64,000 bases of DNA, taken from positions 1 to 64,000 of the forward strand of contig JBHLOI010000016.1 of the NCBI GenBank assembly GCA_048940645.1. The letters run 5' to 3'. A program made the position numbers and the translations under genes. The notes below the pieces were generated by a model. That model saw only the letters and a list, made by a program, of their open reading frames with translations. It was not told the DNA's origin and made no database searches. Positions 59,702 through 64,000 of the stretch are shown one piece after another. This DNA is from Promethearchaeota archaeon (GTDB lineage: Archaea > Asgardarchaeota > Lokiarchaeia > Sigyniarchaeales > SOKP01). Each line of letters begins with the position of its first letter. Positions within the stretch are counted from its first letter, which is position 1.

Positions 59702-59968
59702 AGTGTACCACCTCTACCTCCTAATCTCGCTAAACCACTAATCTTTAATTTTTTTAGTGGAGTGGGAATTTGTGCCCACATTTTCAACAGAAATAAATCA
59801 AGAAGGTAAATTTTAAGTTGTATTCACTTCAAAAATTAAATAAATTAACTTTTTATTTAAAGTTTCCATTAGATTTAAATAAATCAAAGAAAAACTAATA
59901 TAATATAATTAGTGTTAAAACTCATAAATAACTAAACTTAACATTTAGAAAAAATATGTGATTTATAT

Positions 59969-60124
59969 ATGAGTGAAGATTTAAAATGTAGATGTTTAAA
60001 TTGTCTTAAACGGTTTCCAGTTCAATCTAATGTTAAAGAAGCCACATGTCCTCACTGTAATATAACATACAGAGTCTCCTGGCCATGGCCCAATCAACCT
60101 AAGATTCGAGGATTAGCAAAATAA
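59969..60124 (+). CDS. Small Zn-ribbon protein, 51 aa (not in ORF track)
   Basis: Hand translation MSEDLKCRCLNCLKRFPVQSNVKEATCPHCNITYRVSWPWPNQPKIRGLAK. Confidence 0.78.
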   Translation: MSEDLKCRCLNCLKRFPVQSNVKEATCPHCNITYRVSWPWPNQPKIRGLAK

Positions 60125-60187
60125 TATATTGAAAAATTAATAAAAGTGAGAGAAAACAGAAAAAGAAATAATTCTCAAATTAAAAAT

Positions 60188-61750
60188 TCAATTAAAATTC
60201 TCACTATTCATAGCTAATTCAATCATTTCTGTAATATCATAGACTTGTATTAAATTATTGGTTAAAGAATTCCTACGAGAAGCAAACCGAAAGTTTAATT
60301 GACATTGTGGACAAGCTGTTGTTAAAATATTAACATTTGTGGGAATTAGATCTTCATTAAGCCTTATTTGTGTTGCTTCTAAACTTACTTTGTTACTAAA
60401 TGTCCAAAGTCCAGCTCCACCTCCGCAGCAACGTGCACAATTTCTATTCAGTGGCATTTCAATCAGCTCAAGGTTTGGGATTGCTTTCAATACATTACGT
60501 GGTGGGTCGTAAACTTTACTATGTCTTCCAAGTGAGCATGGATCATGATAAGTTACCTTTAAATTTAATGGTTTAAGTCTAATTTCTTTTTCATTAATCT
60601 TTTTTTCAAGAAATTGGGATGTATGAAGGATTTCACATGGTATATTTACGTCAAGAATTTCAGGATAAAGCCTTGTAAAGGTGTAATAACATCCAGAACA
60701 AGGTGTAATAATAGTCTTTGCTCTTACTTTTTCAATCTTTTTAACGAGTTCATTAGCAACTTTTTCAGCTTGTTCCCATAATCCCGTTGAGAGTAAAATA
60801 TATCCACAGCATCCTTCACTTTTCCCTAACATTGTGAAATCAAGGTTTAATCGAGTTAAAATGTTGATAAATGCATCAGCTGTTTTGGGTGTTCTGGTTG
60901 CTGTAGTACAGCCTAAAAAACAAAGAGTTTCTGCTGTTTCTGGTAAAACTAAATTAGACATACTTTTTACTCTTAAGAGCCTACGATCAATAGAAATTGC
61001 GCTAGGATCTCCATGTTCAGAAATATTATTAGCAGCTGCATAAAAAACCTGTGGAGCTAAGTTGTTTTCAGCAATTTTTCTCCTTAAATAAAGTATTGCT
61101 TCGTGAAACTCCAAATCTTGATAGCATTGAGCAAAGCAAAGTCCACATTTAGTACATGAATAGAGAGTGTCAATTACTTTATTCGAAAAAGCAATATCTC
61201 CTTTCATTACTCCTCTGGCTATAAGCATTTTTCCTTTAGAGTTCCATGTCTCAATTCCATTAAAGGAAGGAGATACTGTACAATAACCAGAACACGTGAT
61301 ACATTGTTGGCACTTATTTAAAATAGTTCCGGATAATTGGTTTTGAACTGCTAAAGCAAGATTCCTATAGGTACTATAACCATTTTTATACATTTCATAA
61401 ACTTTTTTAATAAATTCATCTTTATTTTCTATCTCTTCAATACAATCTTCCAAGTTGGGAAGTTCTACATCATCTAAGAGAAGAACTGTATCTTTATTAA
61501 AGTAAGGCGGATGTTGTTCCCCTCTTTTAATCACTACTATAGAATTCTTTTTAGCCAATTCCAAGATTTTTTTTTCTTCTTTTAAAGAGGATATTTTGAC
61601 TACAATATCAAGATTGGGATAGATTTGGTCTAAAAAAGTTTTTTCAAAAGAATATACATAAAGGTCTTCAAAATCTGTCAATATCTGACTTTCATTTAAA
61701 ATCAATTTTAGTTGTTCAATAAATTCACTTTTAGATTTCATCCACTTCAC
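60188..61750 (-). CDS. GlcF/HdrD-like CCG Fe-S protein with truncated GlcD-like N-terminus
   Basis: N-terminal LTDFEDLYVYSFE..DIVVK..IKRG; CQQCITCSGYC, CTKCGLC, GCCG, YHDPC, CCGGG, CPQC. Confidence 0.85.
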   Translation of the reverse strand: MKWMKSKSEFIEQLKLILNESQILTDFEDLYVYSFEKTFLDQIYPNLDIVVKISSLKEEKKILELAKKNSIVVIKRGEQHPPYFNKDTVLLLDDVELPNLEDCIEEIENKDEFIKKVYEMYKNGYSTYRNLALAVQNQLSGTILNKCQQCITCSGYCTVSPSFNGIETWNSKGKMLIARGVMKGDIAFSNKVIDTLYSCTKCGLCFAQCYQDLEFHEAILYLRRKIAENNLAPQVFYAAANNISEHGDPSAISIDRRLLRVKSMSNLVLPETAETLCFLGCTTATRTPKTADAFINILTRLNLDFTMLGKSEGCCGYILLSTGLWEQAEKVANELVKKIEKVRAKTIITPCSGCYYTFTRLYPEILDVNIPCEILHTSQFLEKKINEKEIRLKPLNLKVTYHDPCSLGRHSKVYDPPRNVLKAIPNLELIEMPLNRNCARCCGGGAGLWTFSNKVSLEATQIRLNEDLIPTNVNILTTACPQCQLNFRFASRRNSLTNNLIQVYDITEMIELAMNSENFN

Positions 61751-61913
61751 TTGATATGAGAATTTTACTGCAATTCAGTTTATTCGTTTATGAAATTAAC
61801 TGATAATTTAAGTATAGATTAGATAAGATTAGTAAAAATTTTTAATCTTTTGATTAACTTTTAAAAATCTATTGGAAAAAATTTTTAACAGACATTTTAT
61901 TATTTAGAGTTTA

Positions 61914-62195
61914 ATGGTAAATGTCATATTAAAATTGATGGCTACATTTTCGACTGATATTGGATTAACACAGATTAACTATTCAGATGTAGTTACACTA
62001 GGGGATGTAATCGATCAATTTATGAATAAGTATGGTAAGAAATTAAGGAAAAGTTTTGTTGATGCTCAGGGTAATTTGGAAACACATGTAGTCATTCTAG
62101 TAAATGGGAGAAATTATCTATTTTTGGATGAATTAAACACAAAATTAAAGGATGGAGATCAAATAGTTATTTCTCCTCCTTTAGTAGGAGGTTAA
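61914..62195 (+). CDS. MoaD/ThiS/SAMP ubiquitin-like protein
   Basis: ILVNGRN, LKDGD, PPLVGG. Confidence 0.92.
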   Translation: MVNVILKLMATFSTDIGLTQINYSDVVTLGDVIDQFMNKYGKKLRKSFVDAQGNLETHVVILVNGRNYLFLDELNTKLKDGDQIVISPPLVGG

Positions 62196-62203
62196 AGTAT
62201 GTT

Positions 62204-62671
62204 TTATAAAATAAGTAAATTTATCCAATCTGCTATAACTGCAGGTTTTTCTTGGCCCTTAATTTCAATTGTATGATGCGATGTGAATTTCATACCTTTT
62301 TCAACTAACTCAACCTTAGATATATATGATACATCTCGAATAAAAGAGCCTACTGGAACAGCAGATATAAACCTAATTTTATCGAATCCATAATTTACTA
62401 TAGCTTTTGCATCTGTAATATAAAATTGCATTAAATCCCTTTCACCATCTTGTAAAGTAAAGAACCCCAACATAGATAAAACAAAAAAACCATGAGCAAC
62501 GGTTTTGCCATAAATTGACTGTTCTGCTCTTTCAGGATTAATGTGTATATATTGATGATCTTTTGTGAGATCAGCAAATTTATTTATAGCTTCTTGAGTA
62601 ACTTGATACCATTTTGTAACAAATTTTTTACCAATATAGTTTTTTATTTCAATAGCTTTTATATTTACCAT
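62204..62671 (-). CDS. MaoC family dehydratase (NodN-like)
   Basis: FADLTKDHQYIH, TVAHGF, NYGFDKIRF. Confidence 0.9.
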   Translation of the reverse strand: MVNIKAIEIKNYIGKKFVTKWYQVTQEAINKFADLTKDHQYIHINPERAEQSIYGKTVAHGFFVLSMLGFFTLQDGERDLMQFYITDAKAIVNYGFDKIRFISAVPVGSFIRDVSYISKVELVEKGMKFTSHHTIEIKGQEKPAVIADWINLLIL

Positions 62672-62745
62672 TTTTTATTTAGCTCTTATTTTCAAATCAT
62701 TCTATTAAATTATCACTTAAAAATGTTTTAGTTTAATTCTCTTCT

Positions 62746-63972
62746 TTAACGATCTTCTAGTTGTTCTATAAATGCTTCTATGCTAGTTCTTGATTGTTCA
62801 TCAGATAGGCATCTTAAGTCATTTAAATCTCCATTCAAAATCAATGTAGGAATCTCAAACTCACCTTCAAGTCTTTGAGGCATTCCATAGCGACTATTGG
62901 TGTTATGGGGACATGTTTTTGCATCATGAAAGAGAATACCATCGATTTTAAAGTAGTTTATCATTTTCTTAAGATATATCTCTTTATATTCATCTGAGCG
63001 TGATATAAAGATTTCACTATATGCTTTTGCCATGCTTCTAAATGGGTTTTTTTCATTAAAAGCAGAAAAAATCCAACTATTACAATAAGTTGAAGCAACT
63101 ACACATACTTTAAGACTTGCGAATAACTCTGAATAGTGTCTTAATCTTCCCCAAATTGGCATTCCTTCCCAATAAAGCCTAAACCGCTCATCATCTATAG
63201 CTGCTATATGGTTTTCCACTCTCTCTTGTAATTCTGCTAATAGTATATTGTAATAATCTACAGCTTGTTGCGTTCCTCTCAAAACAACTGCAGGTCCCAT
63301 ATGAATAGTTCCATCAAAAAAAGTAAGGGGTGAAGGGATAGTGGCCGCAGTGTCCAGAACTTTTTTCCAAAGATCAGAACATTCACGTGAGAGAGAGACT
63401 ATTTTTTTAAGCTTATCCATTTCAAATTTAATGGTTGAAATCTTTTCTAAAACTTCGATAAGTTCCTCCATCTGTTTAGCTATGAATGTAATTTGCGTAT
63501 CAGTTACTACTCCCACATTTCTAGGTGTAGAAATACCAACTAAAGGGGCTTTAAATTCGTTTGCATACCAACCAAACCAATCTTGTACCTCTCTACATTG
63601 ATTTGTGTTAAATACCAGTACATCAGGTCTTGGAACGCTTTTAATTGTAGGGTAAATTCGTGTTAATGGTGTAACTTTTTTTAAATAGGCACCTATATCT
63701 GCAGTAAGATAAGAACAAATCTCAGGTGAATATCCTATCGCATTAGCATAAGGAATTAGATCTGTTGCCATTCTAGAGGACCCCAATAGGGCACTATGGT
63801 TTTCTGGGAAATATACTTCAAATCCTAAACTTCTTAAGATTTCTGCAGGACCAACGCTCGAGCACCAAGCAACTTTTTTATCATTACTTTTAGAAAAATG
63901 ATCTAACTTATGATAATAATCAGACATTAATTTTTTTAATTCCTTAGTAGCTGCTATTTCTTTCCTATGCAA
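62746..63972 (-). CDS. 2-hydroxyacyl-CoA dehydratase / class I benzoyl-CoA reductase subunit family
   Basis: VAWCSSVGPAE, FPENH, EICSY, NQC, RLYWEG.P, IDGILFH...C, IEAFIE. Confidence 0.88.
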   Translation of the reverse strand: MHRKEIAATKELKKLMSDYYHKLDHFSKSNDKKVAWCSSVGPAEILRSLGFEVYFPENHSALLGSSRMATDLIPYANAIGYSPEICSYLTADIGAYLKKVTPLTRIYPTIKSVPRPDVLVFNTNQCREVQDWFGWYANEFKAPLVGISTPRNVGVVTDTQITFIAKQMEELIEVLEKISTIKFEMDKLKKIVSLSRECSDLWKKVLDTAATIPSPLTFFDGTIHMGPAVVLRGTQQAVDYYNILLAELQERVENHIAAIDDERFRLYWEGMPIWGRLRHYSELFASLKVCVVASTYCNSWIFSAFNEKNPFRSMAKAYSEIFISRSDEYKEIYLKKMINYFKIDGILFHDAKTCPHNTNSRYGMPQRLEGEFEIPTLILNGDLNDLRCLSDEQSRTSIEAFIEQLEDR

Positions 63973-64000
63973 ATCACACGCCTTAAATATAATTAATTTG

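Noticed and set aside
38981-59812. Further TTTACCTT/AAGGTAAA matches (38981, 54620, 59803) as extra repeat copies
   Set aside because: Match only the 8-nt spacer without the CTGAA arm; expected by chance in AT-rich DNA
5285-63601. Many 60-150 aa antisense or overlapping ORFs in the track (e.g. 5285-5584, 9767-10165, 16168-16563, 31182-31460, 38042-38395, 40548-40958, 53812-54270, 55567-55941)
   Set aside because: They lie on or opposite well-supported genes and have no motifs; shadow ORFs
1-64000. Selenoprotein (in-frame TGA) candidates, expected in Lokiarchaeia
   Set aside because: The TGA-ending genes I checked appear complete and no Cys motif is interrupted by TGA; not an exhaustive scan
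1-64000. tRNA, rRNA, IS element or integrase
   Set aside because: No cloverleaf, rRNA-like segment or transposase/recombinase motifs recognised

Overview
AT-rich archaeal window, most likely from an Asgard archaeon of the Lokiarchaeia/Promethearchaeia type (inferred from longin-like proteins, SIR2-TPR, Zn-ribbon orphans and archaeal DUF35/thiolase, AOR and SAMP-like proteins). It is mostly metabolic: acyl-CoA/lipid enzymes, GlcD/GlcF-type oxidoreductases, a threonine locus (ACT-hom-thrC-thrH) lying between two CoA-transferase subunits, a B12-dependent acyl-CoA mutase operon with non-canonical active-site residues, a cysteine/sulfur-relay cluster, ETF, tungsten-type AOR and a 2-hydroxyacyl-CoA dehydratase/aryl-CoA reductase family subunit with its activase. 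Most interesting: (1) an ~11 kb minus-strand cluster (41.2-52.3 kb) of SIR2-TPR, 3-TM protein, two longin-like proteins, a STAND/ORC-like ATPase, a coiled-coil+winged-helix pair, two paralogous short coiled coils and a tandem OsmC; (2) three copies of a CTGAATTTAYCTTTYCA site at ~1 kb spacing, each interval holding exactly one accessory gene, like a cassette array; (3) CTG/ATT starts behind strong SD motifs; (4) two small Cys-rich ORFs and a gene relic missed by the ORF track; (5) several palindromic operator or structured-leader candidates. No rRNA, tRNA, CRISPR array or transposase was recognised. All product calls come from motif recognition, not database searches.
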